Part shown: piece by piece, positions 50,832 through 63,537 of the stretch
Position numbering within the stretch: the first letter of the stretch is position 1
Layout of the letters: each line of letters opens with the position of its first letter
Origin: Paraspadella gotoi
Lineage: Eukaryota > Animalia > Chaetognatha
DNA: 64,000 nt
Assembly: GCA_051294375.1 (NCBI GenBank)
Contig: CM119266.1
Coordinates: forward strand, 22,419,114-22,483,113
Direction of reading: 5' to 3'
Notes under the pieces: generated by a model
What the model saw: only the letters and a program-made list of their open reading frames with translations
Told to the model about the DNA's origin: nothing
The model's database searches: none
Translations under genes and position numbers: made by a program

Positions 50832-51012
50832 GCCGCTCTCTCTCTCTGACAGAAGCGTAATTCTCATTCAAATTCTTTAGCTCGTGAACGGGGATCACCA
50901 TGTTAAAACGGATCAACATGTGAAAGAGTCACGAAGACGAAATAGGCTGACAATGGCCCCGATCGTGACCCCTACAAAGTTGGTGTTCCCAATAGTGGTA
51001 GCGCCTGGCGTA

Positions 51013-54000
51013 GCATGAGCGATAGGGGCTCGTTTGGGATTGTTTTTAGTCTTTAGACTTTTAAGTGTACTTCGTGACGAAAACCAAACGTCGCTATAAA
51101 AACCCACGTTTTATTTATATCGTTCGAATTAAACTTTAAATGCTTAATTAGTAAATATTAATTTTTCCAAAAACACTTTCACCCCTTCACTGATTGCGAG
51201 ATGATGGAAGGTAGAAATCGAGAAAGAGGGTGAGTAGGAAAAGCAAATATAGCGATGATGATGACGGAGAGGAGGAAAGCGAGGAGAGGAGGAGGAGGAA
51301 GAGGAGGAATTCCAACTTTCCCTCCCAAAATCCCTCGGTTCTTTTGTTCGTTTCTCCTGAATTTCGTTTGTCTCTCGACTCCGATGCCATCTGCGCCATC
51401 TTCCCCCCCCTTCGCATTTGAGGGCGTGGGTGGAGGAGTGGTCTAGGGTGAGACGCAAGGAGTGCACGGTTTATGTTTTTTTTTTAAAAAGAAATTTAGT
51501 GTGGTGGAAGATGTGGCTGATGGTAGGTTGTGGTAGTAGCGCCAAAGAGAGTGGTCTTTGTGGTGTCGTTTGCCGGGGTGATTGGTGGACTTCAGAGCTA
51601 AATGGGCGTGGTTTATGGGGTGTTAGCGATTGGGGACGGCGATGGGTGTTTCTGGCGCGCGAGGGCGGAAAAAAGGATCGCGAAAGAACGGGGTGCGCGC
51701 ACACGTTTGGTGCCTTTGTCAATTTCACACGCAAACCGGTTCGTTGCACGTGCCAGTCTCAATTCTCGACGCCAATTTAAAAGGAAGAAAAGGAGGGAGG
51801 AAAGGTTCGAGAGGAAGGCGGTAATGCTGAGTGGATAGTGATCGTTGTAATAATGTAATAATATAATTATTATAATAGTGTTATAATTCTTCATTATACT
51901 TTTCTTTTCTCCTTCCCTCTTTCTTTTCTTCTTTCCTTTTTCCTCCACATCCTTCTTTCTTTCTCTGGCCGCCAATACGACCCTCACTGTAGTCGCGGTC
52001 TCATCTTGCGTTTTTGGCGCCCGAGTTCGGATTCCTGTTCAACACACCGTTTTTTTCTCCTCACCAATATTCTCCCTCTTTTCCCTTTCTTTCACTTTCC
52101 TCAAAAGATAGAAGCACAGCGATAGAGAAAAAAATTATTCCTCAGTTCGTCATCGATCTCATTCTATATTTTTCTCATAAACAATAAGAAAGAATTATTA
52201 TGCATTTTTAATTTTTGAATTTACAAATTCTTTTTTTTTTTAAATTACTCTCATCTAACCCCTCGACTTTGCCTCCGAAAAATTCTCTCTAATGAGTTCT
52301 CCGAATTACTCTCTCTTTTTNNNNNNNNNNNNNNNNNNNNNNNNNNNNNNNNNNNNNNNNNNNNNNNNNNNNNNNNNNNNNNNNNNNNNNNNNNNNNNNN
52401 NNNNNNNNNNNNNNNNNNNNNNNNNNNNNNNNNNNNNNNNNNNNNNNNNNNNNNNNNNNNNNNNNNNNNNNNNNNNNNNNNNNNNNNNNNNNNNNNNNNN
52501 NNNNNNNNNNNNNNNNNNNNNNNNNNNNNNNNNNNNNNNNNNNNNNNNNNNNNNNNNNNNNNNNNNNNNNNNNNNNNNNNNNNNNNNNNNNNNNNNNNNN
52601 NNNNNNNNNNNNNNNNNNNNNNNNNNNNNNNNNNNNNNNNNNNNNNNNNNNNNNNNNNNNNNNNNNNNNNNNNNNNNNNNNNNNNNNNNNNNNNNNNNNN
52701 NNNNNNNNNNNNNNNNNNNNNNNNNNNNNNNNNNNNNNNNNNNNNNNNNNNNNNNNNNNNNNNNNNNNNNNNNNNNNNNNNNNNNNNNNNNNNNNNNNNN
52801 NNNNNNNNNNNNNNNNNNTCCTCCTCCCCAAAAGCCTAAAATCCCTCTGGAATCTGACTTCAAAGTTGCCATTGTTTCGTCCTTGTGTCCCCGTCTCATT
52901 ATCATTCTCTACAGAGAGAGAAATACAGCGATGGCGATAGCAATGAGCGATAGGGGGCTAGTTTGGGATTGTTTATATATTTTAAAGATGTACTTCGTAG
53001 ACCGAAACTAAGTCGCTAATAAAACAACAAAATATAATATGTATAATTAAACTTTAATGCTTAATTAGTAAATTTAATTTTTCCAAAAACACTTTCACAA
53101 CCTTCACTGATGCGATAGATGAGGTGAGGTAGAAATCGAGAAAGAGGGTGAGTAGGAAAAGCAAATAACCAGTATCGGATACGAGAGAGGAGGAAAGGCG
53201 AGGAGTAGGAGGAGGAGGAAGAGGGAGGAATCCAGAACTTTCCTCCCAAATCCCCGGTTCTTGTTGTTTCAGTTTCTCCTGAATTTCGTTTGCTCTCTCG
53301 ACTACGATGCATCATGCGCCATTTACCCCTCGCATGGAGGGGTGGGTGAGGATGGTCTAGGGTGAGAACGCAAGAGTGCACGTTTATGGTTTTTGTTTTA
53401 AAAAGAACTGTAGTGTGGGTGGAAGATGGTGGACTGATGGTAGGTTTGTGTAGTAGCGGGCCAAAGAGAGTGGCTTTGGTGGTGTCGTTTGCACGGGGTG
53501 ATATTGGGTTGGACTTTCCAGAGCTAAATGGGCGTGGTCCTTATGGGTGTTAGCGATGGAGGCGATGGGTGTTTTCTGGCGCGCCGAGGGCGGAAAAGGG
53601 ATCGCGAAAAGAACAGGGTGCGCGCGACAGCGTTTGGTGGCTTTGTCATTTCACACGCGAAACCGGTTCGTGCCACGTGCCAGTCTCAATTCTCGACGAA
53701 CAATTTAAAGAGGAAGAAAAGGAGGGGAATGGAGAAGTTCGATGGAGAAAGGCGGTAATGTGCTAGAGTCTGGATAGTGATGGTTGTAAAAATGTAATAA
53801 TATTGTAGATAGTCGGTTATAGATTCTTCATTATATTTTTTTTCTCTTCCTCTTTCTTTTCTTCTTTCTTTTTCCTCCACCATCCTTCTTCTTTCTCTGG
53901 CCGCCAATACGACCCTCACGTGTAGTCCGCGGCTCATCTTGCGTTTTTGGCGCCCGATTCGGATTCCTGTTCAACACACCGTTTTTTTCTCCTCACCAAT

Positions 54001-54205
54001 ATTGCTCCCTCTTTCCCTTTCTTCACTTTCCTCAAAATAGGAAGCATCTAGGTCAGATCAGAGATATAGCTAACATTACTATATTCATAAGCCAATAAGA
54101 AGAATTATTATGCATTAATTTTTGAATTTACAAATTCCTTTTTTTTAATTACTACTCATCTAACCCCTCGACTTGCCTCCGAAAAATTCTCTCTAATGAA
54201 TTTTC
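51013..54205. repeat. Two near-identical ~1.3 kb copies (51013-52310 and 52941-54205) flanking a gap; 52819-52910 also recurs at ~54620-54735
   Basis: Colinear with frequent single-base indels; separated by the N gap 52321-52818; probably redundant gap-fill. Confidence 0.85.
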
Positions 54206-55395
54206 TTCCGGTTGTAATTGCATTTCGCATAGAGCGACGCTTCTCGGCCGTGCAAAATTAAAAATCAAACGAAAGAGCTTCCAAAAATTTTTCCCTTTAT
54301 GTTTTTTGGTCCTGTTCTCTTTGTTTAAATTCGTTCCCTAGTTTTTCGCGACTGCGAAAAAAGGACTTTTGTTTCGTTTACGGGTTTTTCCTTATTCCAC
54401 ATTCTTCCTTGACGAAACCCAGCGTTCAGATTTGCACCCCTATGCCCTATTTTTTCATTTAACCTCAAAAAAAAGTACCTTTTTCACACAATTCTCCGAT
54501 CACGTCTCCTCCCCAAAGGAACTTTTTAACCTCTTCTTTCTCTCAGCCTCGCGCCTTTCACTGAATATGCCCCGATGGCATTTCCTCCCATTTTCTCGCT
54601 CCTCCTCCTCCTACCTCCTTCTCCCCTCCCCAAAGCCTAAAATCCCTCTGGAATGCTGACTGTCTAAAGTTGTGCCATATGGTTTCGATCCTTGTGTCCC
54701 CGTCTCATTACTACATTCTCTTCATCATCTCTCTACGTCTCTCATCTCGGTCTCTGATCTTCTCTCATCTTCGTTCTCGTCTCAGTCATTCTCATCTCAT
54801 CTCTGCTCTACTCTCTCTCTCTATTCTCATTTCTCTCTCCTGTCTCTCTCACTCAGCATCTCTCTCTTTATCTTTTTCTTCACTTATTCTCTCTCCATTC
54901 GTTCCCACTTGCCAAGAGTCTCTCTCCTCCTTCTCTCTCTTCTCAGTTTCTATCTTCTTCTCCTCTCTCTCTCTCCTGCATCTCTCTCTCTCTCTCTCTC
55001 GTCACACTCGTGCCCAATCAGCTTCATATTCGGCCGTGATCCCGCTCCATTACTGCCGCGATCCCCTTTTCTCTCTCTCTACTCTCCAGCTCCGNNNNNN
55101 NNNNNNNNNNNNNNNNNNNCTCTCTCTCTCTCTCCCCTCCCTTTTCTCCCAAGATCAACTCCTCTCACGACCGGCAAAGGGGAAAGAAAACTCGATTCCT
55201 CATTGGTCGTCGCTCCCTCCCCGGGCGGGGCGAAAGACGGTCTCCTATTGGTCGGGGCCTAAAGCGGATCGACGCTCATTGGACGAAACTTCCGATCGGC
55301 CGAATCTCCCCTTCGAATTCGGAAAGGAGAATTTCGAAAGGGGCCGAAGAAGAAAAAACGCCGCCGCCGCCGGCGCCGCCGCCGTCGCCATTGAG

Positions 55396-58300
55396 TCACA
55401 AATGAGTCAGCTTCGGAGGCGTGGAGAGTCCGCCGTTGTACCCGGCGCCCGCCGCCACGCCTACCGCCGCCGGGGCGCCAACCCCGTTTCCGCCCTGAGC
55501 CATGGAACAATAGGAATTCGGCAGATGCTGATTGGCCGCTGGAGGAGGAGGAGGAGCGGCCGAGGAGACGGAAGGAGAGGGGGAAGAGGAAGAGGAGGGT
55601 GGGGGTCCGTGCCCGGGACCGCGGGACATGGGAGAGTTTCCGTGGTGCGGGTGATGATGATGGGGCGGGCCGCTCATGTGGGGGTTGTTCATGAGTCCAC
55701 CGGCGCCGCCGCCGCCGCCGCCGCCGACGCCGCCGCCCAGGTTCATGTGGGCGTAGCTGACGCCGATCGTTGGCGGCGAAGGAGAGTTGAGTCCGGCGTT
55801 GTTGTTCTGCGGGAAAACGTCGAAGCAGCTGATCTTATCAAAGATTGGCGACTGTTGGTTGCGATGCTGTTGCTGCTGTTGCTGCTGCTGATGTTGCATG
55901 GCGTGGTGATGATGCTGATGTTGTTGCATCTCTTGATGGTGCAGCTGTTGATGTTGCTGTTGTTGTTGCTGTTGTTGATGGTGCTGCTGTAGATGATGGG
56001 GATAGGCGACGCTCGGATCGGCGCCGCCCACGTTGACCAGCGGAGGGATGGAGACGAGGAGCGGAGGAGGGGAGCAAGACTCCAGCTGGTGATGGTGGAG
56101 CAGACCGTGCGACGACGACGACGACGGCGACGAAATCGTCTGAGGCGACGACATGTGCGTCATCGGCGCCGAGTAACCGGAAGTGGCGATCATGGAGCGC
56201 TGGTTGGGCGCGGTGAGGGCGTCTTGAGGGGTCTGCATCTGGGATAANNNNNNNNNNNNNNNNNNNNNNNNNNNNNNNNNNNNNNNNNNNNNNNNNNNNN
56301 NNNNNNNNNNNNNNNNNNNNNNNNNNNNNNNNNNNNNNNNNNNNNNNNNNNNNNNNNNNNNNNNNNNNNNNNNNNNNNNNNNNNNNNNNNNNNNNNNNNN
56401 NNNNNNNNNNNNNNNNNNNNNNNNNNNNGAGAGAGAGAGAGAAAGAGAGAGTTAAAAGGAAGTTTGGAATAATTTGAGTTTTATAGAATTTAAGCTACGG
56501 TCCTGCACTTGTACAATTCTTAGAATTTTAGTTATTTTTTTGAAATAATTCTTTAGAGAAAACAAAGTTTGTTTGTTTGTAAACAACGATTTTATTCACA
56601 TTGGACATGTTTCGGCTCTTGCCTTTAAGCCTTCATCAGCCTTCATCATTCTAAAAAAGAATCATACTAAATTTGTAAAAAATATTTTTTTTACAATGAA
56701 TACAATTTTTAAACGTTTTTAATTTTTCAATAAAAACATTTTTTTACTGACATCAGAGTTTGTTTCTTTCGATTCGTTGCGAATATATGTTTCGGCAAAT
56801 GAAAGAAAACAACTCAGCCGAAAAATGTTCGTTTATTTCGGAAATAAACTTTGTCGTTTTTGTTAACAAATAAAAACGTACTTTTCCGTCTCATAATAAT
56901 AATTTAAAAAAATAATATATTTTTTCTTTGACCTCACCTGCGGGGATCCATTGATGAGAGACATATGCGAAGATGGATTGGATCCTTGGGTGACGCACGT
57001 TGAGGCCGGGGTGGGGCTAGAAGGGCGGTTTCCGCCCACACCGGACGGGGTCAGCCTCTGGGGGTGGGGGTAAGCGTGCCCAGCGGGCGGTGGAGTCGAA
57101 AACGGCGAGAGCGGAGGATTTCCGCCGTTGGCAGCAGCCGCCGCAGCCGCAGCCGCCGCGAACTGCTGCTGAAGCTGTTGCTGCTGCTGATGCTGACGAG
57201 CGTTGACGATCTGTTGGTTGCGGATGGGGGAGGCGCCCGGAGAGGATTTGGGCTGACCGCCGCTCGTCGCTCCGCCGCCGCCCGCTCCGCCCACGCCGAC
57301 ATCCATCCCGTGGACGAGGCCGGATAATCCCCGCAGCCGACCGCCGCCGCCGCCAGCAGCAGGACTGCCCGCCGACGACGCCGACGACGCTGGCCCTTGG
57401 CCGTTGACTTTGAGCGGGTTGGTAGCCTGACAAAGGAAAAGAGAAATCTATTTAGTTATAATTATTACATTTAGTACTCAATTTCCGGCGCCTGATTGAA
57501 AGAAAGAGCGGTCGAAATTTGGTTTTTATGGTTTTCAGACCGTGACGGTGGCAGCGGCGTAGCAGCGCTTCACAGAACCGTGACAGCACGGCCGAATCGA
57601 TCGTCGCGATTCGCCCTATCGGTTTCACGGTCAAAAGAATCCTAAAATCGGCCAGAGAGAGAGAAGAGAGAGACGAGAGGAGAGAGAAGAGGAGAGAGAG
57701 AGAGGTAGGGAGAAGTAACTAGAAAATCCTTGAGCAAGAAAGAGAACTGGCATGAGAGGAGATCGAGAGAGAGAGGAGCAGATGAAGCAAAAACATAGAA
57801 AAGGAAAGAACTATCCTGGAAAAGACAAGGGCGGATAAAACACGAGAGAGAGTTACCCATCCCTTACTCTCAAGTCTCCGCCGATCAGACCGTTTTCGAG
57901 CATGACGTCAAACGAAACCGGATTTTGTCGATCCCGAGAAGATCGGAATACGGCACGCCGGGAATTTGGGATTCCTTTCTGTTAACTGGGCACTTTTCTC
58001 TGAGTCGGCATGAATAAAGAATCACAAATCTGAAGCGTGGAAAGACGCGGTATGAACTGTTACGCGAAAAACTTTATGGCAAATATTAAGCCCCGAGTTT
58101 TGTGTGAGCGAGAAGTGAGGGATGGGATATAGGGAAGGTGGGAGAAAGAGAGAATAAGAGAGAAAATAATGAGGGAGAGGAAATAAAAAAGAGTTATATT
58201 TCACAATAAACTAAATAAGGCGCTAAACCTAAATCGCTCGCGTTTTGTCCTGAAAGTTGAACAAGGAATTATTTTTTGTAAATTATGGTCAGTTGTTATG

Positions 58301-60107
58301 AATCTGATCAGGATCGATTTCGAGATGTTAAGCTTTTTTATATTTAGCTATAACATAAATGACTTATGTTTTTAGTTAACGATTCAGGAAACAAAATGAC
58401 CCGCATCCTCACAGTTTGACAATGGCCTTCTCTATAAACGAGCACCTTTCACGACACGGAGTCCACACGAACGCGAGAAAACGAAGCTCACATCAATTAA
58501 ACGAAGCTTTGTAACATTCATTAATGAAAACCTTCTGTCGTTACTCTACACAGGGGAAAATTGCATGCAGAATCACGAATTTTCCAAAGCACGAAACCGG
58601 ATAAAAACGGTCGCTTTCCCGCTTCGCGAAAATGACACACCTCATCCCCTACATAATCTTTCAAAAAATTTCTGCCCCCCCAAGCCCGAGCCTTACCCCC
58701 AAGGCGCCCTTTTCACACACAATCACTCGCTCGTATTTTATGCTGCGCGTTCCTTCTTCCGTTCTCCTCCGATAGCCACGCGACTGAGGTAATTTTCTGA
58801 CTCTCTGCGCATAATCCGCATGCTCCGTTTTAGTTCAGATGGTCAAGTTTCGCGTACGTACTGCCCGCTATATCCCGCAGCGATCGCGCACGACGCGAGC
58901 TTACGTTGTGCGAGTGCGCTCGGCTACGCATCTGAGTCCTGCGTATGAGAACACTCGTCCGGGGTGAACGTTCCTTGTCAAGGAGAAATAAGATAATGGA
59001 AGAAACTTGCACAACGGTGACATAAAGGCGTACCTGAAGGTACTCCGATGGAGAGTCATACATATGCCCTTCCCTACCTATATACCTCATATATATAGTA
59101 ATTANNNNNNNNNNNNNNNNNNNNNNNNNAGGATTACATCCTTAATTCAAGTCGGTCAGACGTTTTCGAGATGACGTCAACGAAAACGGATTTTTCGATC
59201 CGCGAGAGATCGATACGCCCACGCGGGAAAATCTCGATGCGTCAAAATCTCGAATGCGTCTCTGTTCGTTTGCCTCCCTTTAGATGCAAGGTTTCGAGAT
59301 GCGCAATCGAGATGCGCCAGNNNNNNNNNNNNNNNNNNNNNNNNNNNNNNNNNNNNNNNNNNNNNNNNNNNNNNNNNNNNNNNNNNNNNNNNNNNNNNNN
59401 NNNNNNNNNNNNNNNNNNNNNNNNNNNNNNNNNNNNNNNNNNNNNNNNNNNNNNNNNNNNNNNNNNNNNNNNNNNNNNNNNNNNNNNNNNNNNNNNNNNN
59501 NNNNNNNNNNNNNNNNNNNNNNNNNNNNNNNNNNNAGCCGAGGAGCAGAGAAAAGAGTGGGAGGAGGGATAAACGAAAGGGGCTTAGAGTTCGACGTTCG
59601 ATTAAATATTTATGGTACAGTGAAACCGACAGTCCATTAAATATTTATGGCGCGCTGAAACCCCGAGGCTAGGCCGAAAGGCGGGACGAGACCGGGAAGG
59701 AAAAAAAAACGAGCCGAGGGAAAATGGGCGAATGATCATTACGACGGTATTGATTAAGAGATTAAGAGAATCCACAAGGGATTCGATTTTTACGAACCGG
59801 AAGAAGAGAAGAAATTACGAGGGATAGACAGAAGGAATGGGAGAGATGAAGCAATTGATGTCGCAAGTTGAAAGAAAGAGAAAAGGGACATGAAGAAAAA
59901 AAGCTTTTTGATGGACGGGAGAATGGAGAGATCGGTTGGACGGAGGCAGAGATGGATCGGGGACATCGTAAAACGAGGTTCCTTTTCTCTTTTTTTTCGG
60001 TCCACAAATCTTCGAAACAAAAAAAGAAGAAAAAAAGAAACAACGGACGCGGACGGGACGACGGTTTTGACCCAAATTCGACGAAGATTTGACAGAGAGC
60101 GAGAGGG

Positions 60108-60139
<32 letters not shown>

Positions 60140-61509
60140 NNNNNNNNNNNNNNNNNNNNNNNNNNNNNNNNNNNNNNNNNNNNNNNNNNNNNNNNNNNNN
60201 NNNNNNNNNNNNNNNNNNNNNNNNNNNNNNNNNNNNNNNNNNNNNNNNNNNNNNNNNNNNNNNNNNNNNNNNNNNNNNNNNNNNNNNNNNNNNNNNNNNN
60301 NNNNNNNNNNNNNNNNNNNNNNNNNNNNNNNNNNNNNNNNNNNNNNNNNNNNNNNNNNNNNNNNNNNGGGGGGGGAAAGGGTGGGTCAGGGGTGTCGAGC
60401 GCCATCAGTTCGAGTGGGCCGCGACTTTGAGGTAAGTGCGCGTGGAGGGCAGATTTACGAGACGCGAAAGAAAGAGAGGCGACGATTTTGAAAGGCAATA
60501 AAAATGCGAAACGACNNNNNNNNNNNNNNNNNNNNNNNNNNNNNNNNNNNNNNNNNNNNNNNNNNNNNNNNNNNNNNNNNNNNNNNNNNNNNNNNNNNNN
60601 NNNNNNNNNNNNNNNNNNNNNNNNNNNNNNNNNNNNNNNNNNNNNNNNNNNNNNNNNNNNNNNNNNNNNNNNNNNNNNNNNNNNNNNNNNNNNNNNNNNN
60701 NNNNNNAGAGAGAGAGAGAGAGAGTCAAGTTTAACTGAATTACAACTTCGCGCTCAAATGGAGAGACTTCACAAAGGGTCCCTTTTGCTCACCGTCAAAC
60801 TCGGTGGCGGCGAGGGCGACTGCGCCGACGACGACGACGACGTCGGCCCAGCGGCGTTGGCGTCCATGGCGTCCATGGCGTCGCCGCGCATGGCGTCGCC
60901 GGAAGTGGATGTGGCGGGAAGATCTGGTCCGCCGACGCCGCCGCGGGAGAGGAGGGACGTGTGAGATGGGGGGCCTGAAAGGTGAGGGAGAATATGTGGT
61001 AAAAAGGTAAGTTAATCGAGAAGAAAACATACATTTTGTTGTCCACCCAACTTACCGCCGCTGCCGGGACCGATGCTTCCGGCGTCGGACGCTTTGTCGG
61101 CGTCGTCGTCGTTGATTTCCCTGACGCCGGACCCGGCGCCGCAACCGTGACCGTGACCAGCGTGATGTCCGCCGGAACACGACGTCACTACGCCTTTTAT
61201 TAAAGACAAAAATAATCATAATAATAATTAGACGAATAATACATAAATAAGTAGGTAATAAAATAATTGAATTAATAAATCAATTATATCGAATTAAACG
61301 ATTATTTACAACAATTTTAATCAACTTCATGGATAAGTGGAATCGAAGAATTCTACTCATGGAATTTGAATTTAACCGGAAATGCTGGGTAAACAATTTT
61401 TTTCCACTCACCGGGACTGCTGCTTGTGTCGGGTTCGTCTCCTTCACCTTCTTCTCCGTCTTTCACGTCGATGCCTTTGAGTTTTTGCTCCTTCTTGTAC
61501 TTCATTCTC
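55396..61509 (-). CDS. Hox3: Hox3-class homeobox transcription factor, 3' part (5 exons; most of the homeobox and the N-terminus not resolved in this window)
   Basis: Exons 61509-61412, 61193-61056, 60974-60793, 57426-56938, 56238-55396 join in frame with GT-AG sites. Starts (R)RMKYKKEQKLKG (paralogy-group-3 homeodomain end, cf. RRMKYKKDQK in vertebrate Hox3) and ends STPPKLTHL* (cf. vertebrate Hox3 APKLTHL*). PolyQ/H/A/G tracts lie between. Confidence 0.9.
56604..56639 (-). ncRNA. Minimal type-I hammerhead ribozyme motif of Penelope-like-element type
   Basis: Minus strand CUGAUGA-A-GGCU-(loop)-AGCC-GAAA-CAUG-UC followed by AATAAA: intact core, 4-bp stem II, palindromic CAUG stem III loop; stem I is weak. 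Confidence 0.65.
57884..57960. repeat. Short duplicate of ~59155-59225
   Basis: TCAGACCGTTTTCGAGCATGACGTCAAACGAAACCGGATTTT recurs with indels just after an N gap. Confidence 0.7.
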
Positions 61510-62611
61510 CTGAAATCAAGAATCCAAAAAAAATGCTGAATAATAAAATCTATAATTTAGTCGTATATTTAATTACCTAATTTATCACCTCGATTTTCTT
61601 CTCACATCGCAAGGACATTGTAATTTCTAGTCCCCCATCGGACTTCTCGGTCCTCTTGCCTTTTCCGACGTCCCCCTGTTCCTTGTCTTTAATATATCCC
61701 ATCCCATGTTCCCTCTGCCCCTTAGCCTGTATTCGACGACTCTCGTTCGTAATCCTCTCCCTCTCGCTTTGTCCTTTCGTTCGCCCCCGTTTTTATTAAA
61801 CTTTTTCTCCCTCGACGTCCATGCCACATTTCACTCCACTCTCACTCTTCTCTCTCTCTCTCCCTCCCTCAATCCCTTTTTTTTCTCTCTTCANNNNNNN
61901 NNNAAAAAAAAGAGGAGGGATTTTTTTTTCTATATTCCGGATGACCTTGAGTGCGACCTTGACAACGATCTTGACGCGCTGCCAGGGAGGCGTTGCCCCT
62001 CGGTCGCTTAGCGACGGTCGCCGAGGGCGTCTCCCGGCCAAGGGGCCGACGAACTGACCTGATCCAGAATCAGATATTCATCTTCTTTTTCTTCTTTACT
62101 TGACCTGAGCTGAATATAGCGACTTCTCTATGAGAGTAGAGCATATATAGATATATAATATCATCTCTATCTATATATATCTCTCTCTCATAATCTATCT
62201 CTCTCTCTCTCTCTACATTTTCTCTCTCATTTACAATTATCCAAGTAGTAATGTATCCAAGCGACTACAACAGCCTCACGCCCAGCTGACAACATCCCGT
62301 GTCGCCATGCCACCTTTGACGTTCAAACCCTCGATTGTCATTCCGCAAACCCCCACCATACAAGTCGACGCCGCTTTCACGCCCTTCTTTACGTTTCCCC
62401 CCTATTTAAAAAAAAACTCGCGCGCAAATAATCCACCGCCGCAGTCCGGAGGGCGTGACCGCCATCCCAGCCTGTGGTCGAAATAAAACTTTCATTATTA
62501 ATGCGCGAGCTCAAATGCATATCATTTAAACCATCTGCCGCTCGAAGAGAAGACACCGGCTTTTTTCTATCTCTCTGCTCTCTCTCTCGATCTCTCTCTC
62601 TCTCATCTCCG

Positions 62612-62645
<34 letters not shown>

Positions 62646-63370
62646 TGCTCTTCTCATGAGGGTTGGTCCGACATACGAGCCGAGCCGCGCCGACGACCCA
62701 AAAGGCTTCCCTCTCCTTCCGCTCCTCACTGCTCTTACCGGCGCGCTCGAAGGTCGCAGGTCATCCGCGTCGGTGACTCTCGAAAAATCGAGCGAAGATC
62801 CTCTTCCTTTCTCATACGCCTAACGGGCGATCGTCGCGGGTCTAAGGGTGCGAAAAGAAATCCGCAGAAATACCGCTTAGCTGACTCTTTTTCTCTTCTC
62901 TCTAAGTTATTTTTGCTATTCTTAATTTTATTATTTTCAACAAACGAAACAACAACAACCTTAATGATCTCTAAACTTACCTAAATCGTGACCTAGCCGA
63001 CTTAAGGTCAAATAGTTAACTGACCATAGACTTTGTTTTCAACTCTTATGGTTATTCTTTACTATTGTCTTTTCTCTTTTTGTTATTGTTAAATAAACTT
63101 TATTTTGCGAGTTTAATTTATTGTATTAACTGTAGCAAGTGTAAAGTCTGAAGAGACATTCATTGGAAGGCCACAATTGTTTTACTATTTAGGCCTTCCC
63201 GCATAAAGCGCAGCAGGTGTGATTGAACGCGACGCTCTCTAAACACTGTTCAGCATTCCACAGACAAAAGACAAAGTAAACTTGAACCAGAACTGCGATG
63301 GACGAAGCAAAGTAAAGGTAATAATACAAAATTTAAAATTATGAAAAAAATTTGATAATTTTATGTGTTA

Positions 63371-63537
63371 AAATATTTACTTTCGCGACGCGGCGGTTTT
63401 GACGCGGTTTTTTGAAAAACTCATTTAAATATTTTATATTTAAACATTTTTTTAAAAAAATATTACGTCTTGAATTTACCTAACATAAACCCTTCTTAAT
63501 CCCTAACTACATTCGCCCGTCGGTAAACAGTAAAATT
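63371..63537. mobile_element. Degenerate copy of the telomere-motif MITE family
   Basis: ATTTACTTTCGCGACG ... CCTAAC/CCCTAAC ... CGTCGGTAAACAGTAAAATT. Confidence 0.55.

Noticed and set aside
54670-55992. 440 aa + strand ORF
   Set aside because: Antisense shadow of the Hox3 last exon plus CT-rich low-quality sequence and an N gap.
58820-59105. CpG-rich stretch in a Hox3 intron
   Set aside because: Random-looking, lies next to an N gap, with no ORF or structure; probably low-quality fill.
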